DNA of 64,000 nt from Heptranchias perlo (taxonomy: Eukaryota). Every line of letters starts with the position of its first letter. Positions within the stretch are counted from its first letter, which is position 1. The position numbers and the translations under genes were made by a program. Below the pieces are notes generated by a model. The model was not told the origin of the DNA and did no database searches. It saw only the letters and a list, made by a program, of their open reading frames with translations. Where the stretch lies: contig NC_090325.1 of assembly GCF_035084215.1 (NCBI RefSeq), positions 11,284,001 to 11,348,000 of the forward strand, written 5' to 3'. Below are positions 25,107 to 37,009 of this stretch, one piece after another.

Positions 25107-25468
25107 CCCTATCTCTGGAACCTCCTTCAATCTTCCGAGAACTCTGCGTTCCTCCAATTCTGGCTTCTTGTGCATCCCCCACTTCCTTCACCCCGCCATA
25201 GGTGGCCGAGCCTTCATTCCTAAGCTCTGGAATTCCCTCCCCAAACCTCTTCACCTCTCCACCTTTCTCTTCCTTTAAGACACTGATAAAACCTACCTCT
25301 TTGACCAAGCTTTAGGTCACCTGTCCCAAAGAAGGAGCCATTAGGTCACCTCTCCTAATGGCTCCTTCTTTGGGTCAGTGTCAGTTTTTGTCTGATAACA
25401 CCCCTATGAAGCGCCCTGGGACGTTTTACTACGTTAAAGGTGCTATATAAATGCAAGTTGTTGTTGTC
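25107..25468 (+). mobile_element. L2 3' fragment containing a fold-back hairpin
   Basis: RTLRSSNSG..IGGRAF..LWNSLP coding remnant; tail AAAGGTGCTATATAAATGCAAG(TTG)n. Confidence 0.85.
25325..25374. repeat. Perfect 21-bp inverted repeat with 8-nt loop
   Basis: CCCAAAGAAGGAGCCATTAGG-TCACCTCT-CCTAATGGCTCCTTCTTTGGG. Confidence 0.95.
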
Positions 25469-26671
25469 GCCACTCAGTCAAGGCACCATCTGCCTGCTTA
25501 AGTGGGTGTTAATGATGCCATGGCGCTATTTGAAGAGTAAAAAGGGGGATTCTCCTGCCGTCCTGTTTAACGTTCTGCCCTCAACCAACACCATCAAAAG
25601 CAGATTAACCGGCCATTCCTCTCATGCTGTTTGTGGGACCTTGCTGTACACAAATAGGCTGCACTGTTAGCTTACATAACTATAATGAGTACACTTCAAA
25701 AGTAACACATTGGTTCTAAAGTGCTTTGGCACATCCTAGGGATGTGATAAGGTGCTATGTAAATGCAAGCTCTTTAAAGTTAGATGACGCACGTTGATGA
25801 AAGTGGTTGGGGCCGAAGTTCCTCAGCGCCTGCACAAATTGCTAGGCACAAATTGGCTGCCTATATAATGCGGCAGAGACTACACTTCAAAAGCATGACA
25901 TTAGCTGTAAAGCGCTTTGAGACATCCTGAGTTCGTGAAAGGAGCTTTATAAAATATAAGTTCTTTCTTTCTTTAACCACTGCACTTCGGTACCCGTGAC
26001 AGGATGGAACTGGGATACAGCACAGAACTGGATCACAACATAGAGTGGAATACAGTGTGGACCTGGAACACAACATCACAAAATCATTCTAAATACCAAT
26101 CGCCATTTTTTGCTTCTCACAATTCCCAGCACTAGTGGGCACGCGGTAACAAAGCCAGTCATTGAGGCCTGGTTGAATTCTAATAACCTCGGCACGGAGC
26201 AGCTTGCAGTTTGGCACCGATCGAGTTAATTCCCAATTGCTCGCGTGTGAGCCTGAGCGAGAACACAGTGAAACAAGCTAGCGGAGCGAAGGCACAGAAC
26301 GCAGCCATCAGATCAGAGAAGTGGAGCTGAGATCAACAATAGATGTGGAGGAAATTTATGGTGCCTCAACAGAGTCTGGGACTCTGACAACCAAGGGAGG
26401 TCCCAAAGTCAGAGTCAATTAATCACAAGCAATAACTAGGAAAGCCTTAAGTTTGCTTCCACCTAACCTATCTTCCCCCATCAAAGCATGTGAGCTGCTT
26501 GTGAGCGGCAGATGGAGTTTGGTGTAGAGTAAGATCTCACAGTTAAAGAATCCCAGACCTCCACCTGTTGCTGTTTTAATCAATGTTTCAAAATTCAATA
26601 CTTTCAGATCTCTATCATTATCACAACACCTCAACCGTTATCACCAAGGGCGACCTTCGTCAAGGGTGAAG

Positions 26672-26752
26672 GTCTGACGAAAAATCTCCCGCAGGAACGT
26701 TAAGTGGCCCTTTCTCTTTTTCAGGCGCATTTCCAGCATTTTGTGTTTCAGG
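26672..26752 (+). mobile_element. Degenerate Penelope-like terminal repeat remnant
   Basis: TCTGACGAA..GGAACGTTAA..TTTCTCT..TTTCCAGCATTTTGTGTTTC; related fragment GTTAACTCTGTTCTCTCTCCACAGATGCTGCCTGACCTG at 13477-13515. Confidence 0.4.
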
Positions 26753-27004
26753 TTTTTTTTTTAATTATTTTTTTCGCTGCGTTTATCGGTTTCTCGATCA
26801 CGCTGCGATGTCTATCAACCAAAGCGTGGACACTGCAATTAAATGCTAGTACAGAAAGCAATCTGTGTAAAGTTAACACCCAGAGGAACAGTTCTGAGAT
26901 AAAATGTCTATCAAAACGTAATGTAGCTGCACCTGTTCCTACAAAAAGGACTGTAAGCAGCTTACAAGGATAAATGTACCACCTGGTGTGATACCGAGAT
27001 CAGG

Positions 27005-27436
27005 AAAGAAAGATTTGCATTTATATAGCACCGTTCACCACCTCAGGGCGTCCCAAAACTCTTTACCAATGAAGTACAGTTACTGTTGTAATGTAGGAAA
27101 CTCAGCAGCCAATTTGCAAACAGCAAAGTTCCGCAAACAGCAATGTGATAAGAACCGGATAATCTGTTTTGGTAATGTTGGTTTGTGGGATAAATATTGG
27201 CCTGGACACCAAGGAGACCTCCCCTGCTCTTCTGCGATGGGATCGTTTACATCCACCTGAGAGGTGGACAGTACCTCAGTTTAACATCTCATCCAAAAGA
27301 CAGCACAGCACTCCCTCAGTACTGCACTGGGAGGGTCAATCTAGATTTTATACTCAAGTCCCTGGGGTGGGATTATGAACCCACAACCTTCTGACCCAAA
27401 GTGCAAGAGTGCTACCAACTGAGCCAAAGCTGACAC
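27005..27436 (-). mobile_element. DeuSINE-type SINE
   Basis: Reversed tail, core and head (CAACTGAGCCAAAGCTGACAC). Confidence 0.85.
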
Positions 27437-28364
27437 TAAAAAAAAAGCTTGATTCCTCATCCCTATTGAGTTCCTCACTGTCGGTTGGGGCAGTAACAGA
27501 GGGGGCTTCTGGCCTCAGCCCTCAGGGTCCGAGGGTGGGGAAAAGAATCAAACCAGGGTTTGTTACCCTGATTGCTGTCCGGTGGCTCCTGCTGGCAAGT
27601 GTAACCATCGGGTGAGGTGGACAAGGTAAGGATTTGGCTGGGATGGTTCCCCCCGCCCCCCCCCCCCACCCCCTCATATTTGAGTAACCTGCCCACACGT
27701 GAATAAAAGCCACTTGGGCAAGGCACTGGTGGGCAGCTAGTGCCCAAGAACCTGTTACCCCCCCCCCCCCACCACCACCACCCCTGGCATGAGTTAGTGA
27801 CTGCAGAAGAGAGTGGGAGAAAACTGGAAGAGAGAATGAAAAACATTCTGCTGGCATTTTCTCTCGCAACTATTCCCCTGGGTGTTAACTTTACAAAGAT
27901 TGCTTTGTGTACCGGCACTTAATTGCAATGTTACCCATCAGCTACCTGGGTCTGGAACACAGCAGCTCACATTATAAGGCACCGGGATATAAAATCCCTT
28001 TTGCCACAGGTACCCCTCCAGGGCTCCTAATTTCAAATTGAGTTTTTTCACATTTGACATTTGTTTGCATGCAACATTTTCTTCTGTTTTCCCTCGCGGG
28101 GCGGGATGAACTTTCCGATCCTTAGGCTGAAAGATGTAAGTGCTCGGAATGAAACACACTTCCGCTGTGTACAACTGGACTCATAAACATGTACACAGGC
28201 AGTATGGGGGGGCTTCTGCTTTGCCCCAAACCGATGCCTCGAGCCCAACCTCAGGTGACCACCTCCTGTTGCACAAGATCAGTATTTCTAATTCGCACTT
28301 GTGGCCTTTCTGTGCGAGGCTGTCAGTTTAGTGCCATTTGGCACTGAACTAATACCCAGCAGGA

Positions 28365-28790
28365 TTTTTTTTTAAATTAATTCTCGGGATGTAGGTGTCA
28401 CTGGCAAAGGCAGCATTTATTGCCCATCCCTATTTAGAATCATAGAATGGTTACAGCACAGAAGGAGGCCATTCAGCCCGTCGAGCCTGTGCCGGCTCTC
28501 TGCAAGAGCAATCCAGCTAGTCCCACTCACCCGCCCTTTCCCCATAGCCCTGCATTTGCCCTAGAGAAGGTGGTGGTGGGCCTTCTTCTTAAACCGCTGC
28601 AGTCCATTTATTGAAGGTGCTGTTAGGTCGGGAGTTCCAGGATTTTGACGCAGGAACGACGAAGGAACGGCCGACACGTGTCCAAGTCAGAATGGTGTGT
28701 GACTTGGAGGGGAACTTGAAGGCGATGGTGTTTCCACGCAAGGGTTGCCCTTGTCCTTCTAGGTGGTGAAGGTCGCGGGTTTGGGAGGTA
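28365..28790 (-). mobile_element. CR1-like family B 3' fragment interrupted by another CR1 tail (about 28435-28555)
   Basis: GCATTTATTGCCCATCCCTA..(AGAATCATAGAATGG..insert)..GAAGGTGGTGGTGGGCC..GGAGTTCCAGGATTTTGAC. Confidence 0.8.
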
Positions 28791-29029
28791 GATTGGGACT
28801 GAATATAAGAAAAACTATGGATGAAGAAAGGCCATTCAGCCTACAGACGCTCATCCCTCTAGTTCATTATCATAACACCTCAGCACACTGAATAACGGTC
28901 AACTGAAACTGTACATTTAAGGAAGGCCTTGTATCCTCAGTGAGTCACCCTCCTGCAGGCAATGCTCGGTTTTATATTTTCCGTGATATTTGTCACAATA
29001 GTAATGGTACTGGGCTCAACTGCTTTACG

Positions 29030-29385
29030 GGTACAGTAGTGTAGTAGTTAGGATATTGTACTAACAACTTAGAGATTGTGAGTTCAATTCCTGCCGTCTT
29101 ATGAAATGTGATAAATCTGATAATTTGTAGGCTAATACCAGAAAGAAATGGCCATGAAAGGTACCAGATTGTCATGCAAAAGCCCAAATGGTTCACTAAT
29201 GTCTTTCAGGTATGGGAATCTATCATCCTTACCCAGTCTGGCCTAGTCTATACTATGTGGTTGACAATTATTAATTTCTGCTGAAGTGGCTCATTGAGTC
29301 ATTCGGTGGTGGCCTGCCACTAACTTCTCAAGGCAAGTACGAATGGGCACTAAATGCGGTATTGCTCACATCCAGAGACCAAATA
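29030..29385 (+). mobile_element. Second tRNA-headed SINE family carrying the CR1-family-B tail
   Basis: Head GTAGTGTAGTAGTTAGG..GAGTTCAATTCC, core TGGTTCACTAATGTC..CCTTACCCAGTCTGGCCTA, tail TTCTCAAGGCAA..ATGGGCACTAAATGC. Confidence 0.65.
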
Positions 29386-30521
29386 TAAATCAGTATGCCT
29401 GGCAGCACTGTCTTCACTGCTGCTTCATTGGTTGGGCTCCTCGCCAATCCTATTTTACTGCAAGAGTTTTTGCCTCCAGTATCTCTTTTAACCTGTTTCA
29501 GCAAATTCTTATACTCCATTTAGCATTTCCTCAGTTTTAATACTTTGTTTTTCTTTATGCACATTTTAATTGACTTTATATTCTTTCTTCCTTTCTTTTC
29601 TTCTTTCTTTTTCTTCAAAGAGCTGAAATACCAGTTATTTTGTGTTTGGTGGTGTTGGGCGAGGGAGAAATCTCGACCCGGGCACTAGGGGAACTCCCTG
29701 CAGTTCTTTTGAAATTATACCAGGGGATCTTAAACATCCACCTGAACTAGTACAACAGGCCGATCGGATTGTCAAGTTAACAATTCATCCAAAGGACGAC
29801 AATGCAGCATTCCCTCAAGTGAAAGGACAGAAAATATTATTTGTCTGCAAACTAAAACAAACAACTTTACATAGAATGGATCGAAGGAATTAATCTGAAT
29901 GAATGGGTGGGCTCTCTCCCCAACGGAGAGGCAGGTCTGAGAATCAAACACGTGCGATTAAAAAAAAGCCCTCACTTATATTTGTTAAATAAGTTTATGA
30001 CAGTGTACATAAAATAATACTGGAAGGGTTACTGAGGTAGGGCTCTAATGAAAGTGAAATTAGAAACACCAACATTTGCCTTAGGATTTCATTAGTCTGA
30101 ATTTTTTGATTAACTCACTGTAATAACCTTTATATAAGAGGTGTATTCGTGATTAGCAGATCACAGAAGGATAAAGACACGTCTCTAACTTGCCACGAAG
30201 ACAAGATCTTTTCGGGACAGGTAAAGGCCATCAGGAGCAATAAGCCTGAGCCTCTTTCACAGATCAATCACACCACCTGGTTTTGTATTATATCCCTCAA
30301 TCCCTTCTACAGAAACATATCTAATTTCCTTTTGAACCCCATTTGTAATGTCCACTTCAATGGCCATCCCTGGTAAGAGTAATGTAGCAGTGAAATACAC
30401 ATGGTACAGTATTACTACTGCACCCCTCATATAGTGCTGTAACATTGCAATATGAGACATGTTACAATAGTTCTGAAGGATAAGTCAAGTAGGTGGATAG
30501 AACTGAAGTGTGAGTCAGATG

Positions 30522-31956
30522 ATAAAATATCTGCAGTGGCAGTCACATGGTAAAATATCTGCAGTGGCAGTCACATGGTAAAATATCTGCAGTGAGAGTC
30601 ACATGGTAAAATATCTGCAGTGAGAGCCACATGGTAAAATATCTGCAGTGGCAGTCACATGGTAAAATATCTGCAGTGGCAGTCACATGGTAAAATATCT
30701 GCAGTGGCAGTCACATGGGAAAATATCTGCAGTGAGAGTCACATGGTAAAATATCTGCAGTGAGAGCCACATGGTAAAATATCTGCAGTGAGAGCCACAT
30801 GGTAAAATATCTGCAGTGGCAGTCACATGGGAAAATATCTGCAGTGAGAGTCACATGGTAAAATATCTGCAGTGAGAGTCACATGGTAAAATATCTGAAG
30901 TGTGACTCTGCAGAAGGGTCGGTAACCAGAGGACACAGATTTAAGGTGATCGTCAAAAGAGCCAGAGGCGACATGAGGAAACATTTTTTTACGCAGCGAG
31001 TTGTGATGATCTGGAATGCACTGCCTGAAAGGATGGTGGAAGCAGATTCAATAGTAACTTTCCAAAGTGAATTAGATAAATACTTGAAGGGAAAAAAATT
31101 TACAGGGCTATGGGGAAAATGTAGGGGAACAAAACTAATTGGATAGCTCTTTCAAGGAGCCGGCACAGCTACAATGGGCTGAATGGTCTCCTCCTGTGCT
31201 GTTCCTACTATGATACTATGATCTGCAGTATGAGTCACGTAGTGAAATATCTGCAGTGTGAGTCACATGGTAAAATATCTGCAGTGTGAGTCACATGGTA
31301 AAATATCTGCAGTGTGAGTCACATGGTAAAATATCTGCAGGGAATCACATGGTAAAATATCTGCAGTGTGAGTCACATGGTAAAATATCTGCAGTGTGAG
31401 TCACATGGTAAAATATCTGCAGTGTGAGTCACATGGTAAAATATCTGCAGGGAATCACATGGTAAAATATCTGCAGTGTGAGTCACATGGTAAAATATCT
31501 GCAGGGAATCACATGGTAAAATATCTGCAGTGTGAGTCACATAATATCTGCAATGAATCAAATGGTACAATATCTGCAGTGCGAGTCACACAGTAAAATA
31601 TTTCCAGCATGGGTCATGTGGTAAAATATCTGCAGTGTAAGTCATGTGGCACAATATCTGATGTGTGAGTCACGTGGAAAAATAGCGGCAGTGTGAATCA
31701 CATGGTAAAATATCTGGTGTGAGTCACATGGTAAAATATCAACAGTGAATCAAAAGGAAAAATATCTGCAGTGTGAGTCACAATGTCTGCAATGTGAATC
31801 ACGTGGTAAAATCTCTGAGTCACATGGTAAAATATCTGCAGTGTATCACATGGTTAAATATCTGCAGCGTATCACATGGTAAAATATCTGCAGTGTATCA
31901 CATGGTTAAATATCTGCAGTGTATCACATGGTAAAATATCTGCTGTGAGTCACATG
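30522..31956 (+). repeat. 28-bp minisatellite (GTCACATGGTAAAATATCTGCAGTGNNA), about 40 units, interrupted by CR1
   Basis: Direct head-to-tail units in two blocks, 30522-30905 and 31220-31956, decaying toward the 3' end. Confidence 0.97.
30908..31220 (+). mobile_element. CR1 3' end inserted in the minisatellite
   Basis: AEGSVTRGHRFKV..RKHFFTQRVVMIWNALPE..ELDKYLK; tail CTACTATGATACTATG. Confidence 0.9.
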
Positions 31957-31959
31957 GAT

Positions 31960-32440
31960 CAATGGAGGGAATCCTCTATGATCCCACCCAAAAGCAGGTG
32001 AGATCGCAGTGGAGAATGTCAGAAATATTTGGGTGGTTAGGCCTATCATCACTTCAGCTGACGGCCAAGATTTCCCTCCCCACCAGACTGCTCTCTGCTT
32101 CCCGACCCAACGCTTGTAAAAGGAGGTGGGGGCGAGGGGCCTGGGATCCTAGGCGATTTTTCAGCTATCTGTCACACTTATTACTGCTTCTTTGGGCAGC
32201 CACATGGAAGATGGTGGTAGGTCGCTGGAAGAGACGGTAAATACCCAAAAGGAGGAAGAAAGAGGGACTCGTACGGCCTCCAGATGGCCCCAGAGATTTA
32301 GCTGCTGACGGTCTCAGTCTTAACCGAGACCCACAGCGGAAGGCCTCCTTTTGATCCTCGGGGTGCTTCTGCCCCTATAAATCCCTCGTGCATGCCCACT
32401 ACAGGCACCACCAGAGTTTCCTGGTGGGCACTGGCGCCTC
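31960..32440. mobile_element. GC-rich interspersed element, MITE-like
   Basis: Composition shift and resemblance to other GC-rich elements in the window; termini unclear. Confidence 0.3.
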
Positions 32441-32449
32441 TTTCACCTG

Positions 32450-32727
32450 GAACGACAAGGACAACAGGTGCATGGGAACACCATCAAATTCCCCTCCAAG
32501 TCACACGCCATCTCGACTTGGAAATATATAGCCCGTTCCTATATCGTCGCTGGGTCAAAATCCGGGAACTCCCTTCCTAACAGCACTGTGGGAGAACCTT
32601 CACCACACGGACTGCAGCGGTTCAAGAAGAAGGCCCACCACCACCTTCTCAAGGGGCAATTAGGAATGGGCAATAAATGCCGGCCTTGCCAACGATGCCC
32701 ATATCCTGAGAATGAATGTTAAAAAAA
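32450..32727 (+). mobile_element. CR1-like family B 3' end
   Basis: FPSKSHAISTWKYIA..AGSKSGNSLPNSTVGEPSPHGLQRFKK; tail GCAATAAATGCCGGCCTTGCC..poly-A. Confidence 0.88.
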
Positions 32728-33152
32728 TATATATGTGGATACAATTTCATTTTAACTCGGCTCCATACTGCAAAGAACGGGGCTGCTTCCAAAGGCACAT
32801 TTGTACTTGAAGGTGAGTAGCTGGTAAGTGAATTTTCTTGATAAGCATAAAAAAAAAGCTGTATGCAAATAGACTGTGTGCTTAAGAGGATTATGCTGAG
32901 GTCTCCCTATTACATTCAAAGCACACTTTCATGCAAGATCCTGTTCAGCATTCAAATCTTCATGGTTTAAAAAACCACAAGTAATTGACTGCGTCCCTGG
33001 ATGTAAGATACACGCTCATCTCAATGAAAATGGCATACGTGTTACAAAGTAGGACGTTTTGCTCCAGTGCATGCACTATTATTGAGCAGGGAGGATCTAA
33101 GCCCCATATTTGGTTGATCATGTGCAGAGTCTGAAAGACTCAAGAGGAAAAA

Positions 33153-33580
33153 CATTTTTTTAATTATACTTGGCATGTGGGCATCGCTGGCAAGGCAGGC
33201 ATCTTATTGCCCACGTCCAGTTGCCCTGAGAAGGTGGAGGTGGGCCTTCTTCTTGAACCCACTGTGTAGCAGTCGTGATACAACTGAGTGCCCACTTCAG
33301 AGGGCAGTCAAGAGCCAACCACATTAGTGTGAGGACTGGAGTCACATATAAGGCCAGACCAGGAAAGGACGGACAGGTTTCCTTCCCTAAAGGACACTAG
33401 TTGAACCAGTTGGGTTTTGTCGATAATCCGACAGCTTCATGGTCACTTTTACTGATAGCAGCTTATTGTCAAAATATTCTCAAACTGCTATGGTGGGATT
33501 TGAACTCACACCCTTTGGATTAGTTAGTTGAGGGCCACTGGGTTACTAATCCAGTACCATGACCGTTATGCTACTGTTAC
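33153..33580 (-). mobile_element. tRNA-headed SINE with CR1-family-B tail
   Basis: Reversed tail GTGGGCATCGCTGGCAAGG, core TTCCTTCCCTAAAGGACACTAG, head GGGATTTGAACTC. Confidence 0.78.
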
Positions 33581-33679
33581 CCCCCCCCCCCCCCCCCCGC
33601 CCCCTTCATGGCACTGTATCAAGTCGTTGAAACATCTCAAACCATTTCGCACAGTGAACTGCTTTTGGAGTGCAGTGAC

Positions 33680-34000
33680 TCCATCTGAATACAGCCACAT
33701 TGATTGAAGCAAGGATCAATCCACATACAGATACATTGATTGGACCACGAGGTCAATATGCCTGAATTGATCTCTAACGAAGAGCATGTCCAAATAGAGC
33801 TACATTAAGCGAACCAATAGCTTCTCCAAATACAGCTGCATTGATCAAGCCAGGTTCCCGTCCAAATACAGCCATACTAATTCAACCCAGGATCTGTCCA
33901 AAGGCAGCCGCATTGAACAAATTCAGAGCTGGTCCAAATTTGGCTGCATTGATTGAACCAAGAGTTCATCTGTACATGGCTGCATTGATCCAACTTAGTG
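33680..34000 (+). repeat. Degenerate 36-bp tandem repeat; further remnants at about 34495-34680 and 35090-35220
   Basis: Recurrent GCATTGATC..CCA....GTCCAAATACAGC; ORF 33841-34053 shows 12-aa periodicity. Confidence 0.75.
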
Positions 34001-34794
34001 TGCCTCAAGGACTGGGTTTGTTACGTGAAGGCTATGAAGATCCTCAAAGTTAGGGAGACCAGGTGAAATCTATCAATGTCTCTTAAAATCTACATACAAC
34101 TTACCAAATTCTCCAACTTCGAGACTCTGTGAATCAAATGCTGTACATGAAAAACTTACTATGGACCTTGCTGCTCTAAACTTTCCCTCTTGCTCCTTCA
34201 AACCTTCAAATACATTATCTTCCACATCCTCCTTAACTTCTCACCGTGTTGAAATTAAGACTTGTGGCAACACTCGTTATTTACCTTGACCTCAGGAACT
34301 TCAGATGTTGTGCAATCATCCATTTCCTCTTACAATCAACAGCTTTATAAACCCAAAGCATGGTGCCACTTAACCAGGTGGCTTCTTGATTTATCTTGTC
34401 TTCTCTCTCACCCTTCTCAACGTTAGTGATGTTCCGCACTATGCATCTGGGTTCTTCAGCTGGGTTTCTGAGAGTTACTGGTAAAAACTTGGCCACGTTG
34501 ATTGAATTGGAAGCAGGTCCATAAACATCACGTCGATCAAACTAAGAACTCGGCCAACTTGACTATGTCGGTTGAATCGAGACCCCAAGGGATGATGGCC
34601 AGACTGATTAAAGCATGTCTGTCCAAATGCGACCTTACTGATCAGACCAAGAACCTAACTGCACACAGCCAGATTGATCGAGACAGGCTCGAGGGGCTGA
34701 ATGGCTTACTCCTGTTCTTACATTCCTATGTATCTATCACACTGAAAGGCTACCTCAATATGCCAAAACAAAGTCAAAAGACAGTACACATTTT

Positions 34795-35042
34795 TCAGAA
34801 TTCATTCTCAGGATGTGGGCATTGCTGGCAAGGCTGACATTTATTGCCCGTCTGTAGTTGCCCTGAGTTTGATGCAACTGAGTGGCTTGCTAGGCCACTT
34901 CAAAGGGTGGACCTGGAGTCCAATATATGCCAGACAGGGTAAAGACGGCAGGTTTCCTTCTTTAAAGAACATTAATGAACCAGTTGGGTTTTTACGACAA
35001 TCCAACAGCTTCATGGTCACTTTTACTGATACCAGCTTTTTA
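34795..35042 (-). mobile_element. SINE with CR1-family-B tail, partial
   Basis: Same core as 33153-33580. Confidence 0.75.
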
Positions 35043-35444
35043 TATGGCCATGTGGACTTTTATGCCAATGGATGTGGCCACAACTAGACATTAAAGGTCC
35101 AAACCAAAATCCTATCCTAATATGGTCAGTTGATCAAACCAAGATCCCATCTCTCGATGGCTGGATCATCAACTAAAGTTGGCCAAGAACCCATCAAGCG
35201 AGGCTCATTGACGAGACCTGCATGAATACACCTGTTTCCAAGAGCTGAGATTCTCCTCACTCAGTCAGGACAGTTCTGCAGATAAATGCCCTAACAGATA
35301 GTTTGACAAGCCGCTGGAAGTTTACCAGTGATTTGTACTGTGAGCTGTATGGTTTTTTGGCCAGTTAAACCACGGCGCCAAAGATCTCCGGTCGAGGTAA
35401 GCAGGGTGTAACCCTGAGAGGATAGAATGCACCCTGCATGGGGG

Positions 35445-35886
35445 TAACCAACCTCCTCGAACTCTGCGTTCCTCCAACTCTGGCCTCTTGTGCATCCTCC
35501 ACTTCCTTTGCCCTATCATTGACGGCCGTGCCTTCAGCTGTCTAGGCCCTAAGCTCTGGAATTCGCTCCCCAAACCTCTTTGCCTCTCTCGTCCTTTAAA
35601 ACGCTGCTTAAAACTTAAAATTCCACTTGTACACATTATACATTTAAAATAAAAGTATTTACGATGTTTCAGTAGCAATTTACAGATGATTAAACATTTT
35701 AAGTAAATGCAACTTAATTAGCTTGCATTTTTTATTTATATTTTTGACCAAGCTTTTGGTCACCTGTCCTAATGTCTCCTTCGTTGGCTTGGTATCAATT
35801 TTTTTTTGTCTGATAAGGCTTCTAGAAAGCTCCATGGGATGTTTTTACTACGTTAAAGGCGCTATATAAATGCAAGTTGTTGTTGT
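35445..35886 (+). mobile_element. L2 3' fragment with an AT-rich insertion (about 35613-35741)
   Basis: L2 sequence breaks at CTTAAAAC and resumes at TTTGACCAAGCTTTTGGTCACC; (TTG)n tail. Confidence 0.82.
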
Positions 35887-36555
35887 ATGTGAATTTCTCA
35901 GTGATTCGGTGATGGATCTTTGCACAGACTGACCAAAAAATAAAAAGAACCCACCTAAATATGGAAAGATCAACTGAACAGAGCCAGAGCTGAATCATTG
36001 GTTGCTTGGCTCAGATTCACATTATTTTCTTAAGTGTCCTTTCTCCAAATCTGAAGTTTCTGCGCCAAATTAGTTTTTAATTTTTGAACTTTTTTTTAAA
36101 TGAATTATGGACCTGTCCCCAGCACAGGTTCAACCACATTTCAACACATTTGTTCTCCTGGCTTGATCCTGCCATCACCCAAAGTCCAGATAGGTCTACC
36201 CTGCTGCCAGAGTCAGTGAATCATGATCAGGAGACCAATGGTTGATTAAACACCCCCCACCCCAGCTCACATCCGTCCCTCTACCAGAGGCCATTTGCAA
36301 TACTTCAACGGCTGCCAAGACCGAGACCAGAATATTCAGCACAGAACAGAGCAGAGATTAAAGCTGGGGGTTTCTGACCTGTATAGTTCAGTACCAAAGT
36401 ACGCCTTATGCAGCAAGCCAATGGGACAACTTCACCGACAGCTTTGAACATCTGTGGCATCCATTGCAGCAGGCATCTAATAGAGCAAGCTTGGCAATGG
36501 AGTCCCAAGAGGAGGGTGTCTTGGTCTCACAAGAATTGTGAGTCTGCCCAGACAT

Positions 36556-36890
36556 TCCTTAAAATGGCAACCTTTACAGGGAACTGAAAATCGAGACACT
36601 CCCTAAAATGGCAGCCCTTCTCGTGAACTGAGAATCGCAGACACTCCCTAAAATGGCAGCCCTTCTAGTGAACTGAGACTCCCAGACACTCCCTAAAATG
36701 ACAACCCTTCTAGTGAACTGAGAATCCCAGACACTCCCTAAAATGACAACCCTTCTAGTGAACTGAGAATCCCAGACACTCCCTAAAATGACAACCCTTC
36801 TAGTGAACTGAGAATCCCAGACACTCCCTAAAATGACAACCCTTATAGTGAACTGAGAATCCCAGACAATTCCCAAGATGACAATCCTCA
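36556..36890 (+). repeat. 45-bp minisatellite, about 7 units
   Basis: Unit CAGACACTCCCTAAAATGACAACCCTTCTAGTGAACTGAGAATCC repeated head-to-tail. Confidence 0.95.
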
Positions 36891-37009
36891 CTGCCCCCAT
36901 GAAAATTCTATCAAGTGCATGACTCAGGAGCTGAACTGCTGGTTTCAGGGGTTGTTCTATTCTGCTTGACACTGCCCTCTGCAACTTCCACAGCTGCTTG
37001 GGTACCAGA

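Larger units (their letters stand above)
24955..25775 (+). mobile_element. DeuSINE-type SINE split by an L2 3' fragment
   Basis: Head at 24955-25105, remainder at about 25485-25775. Confidence 0.75.

Noticed and set aside
26672-26705. Hammerhead ribozyme (CTGACGA...GAAAC)
   Set aside because: The GAAA box reads GGAAC and stem II does not pair; at most a dead Penelope-type remnant
30522-31956. CRISPR-like array (also 36556-36890 and 63802-64000)
   Set aside because: Units are head-to-tail with no unique spacers, no cas genes, and the context is eukaryotic
36574-36984. 15-aa repeat protein ORF
   Set aside because: By-product of a 45-bp minisatellite; no splice or homology support
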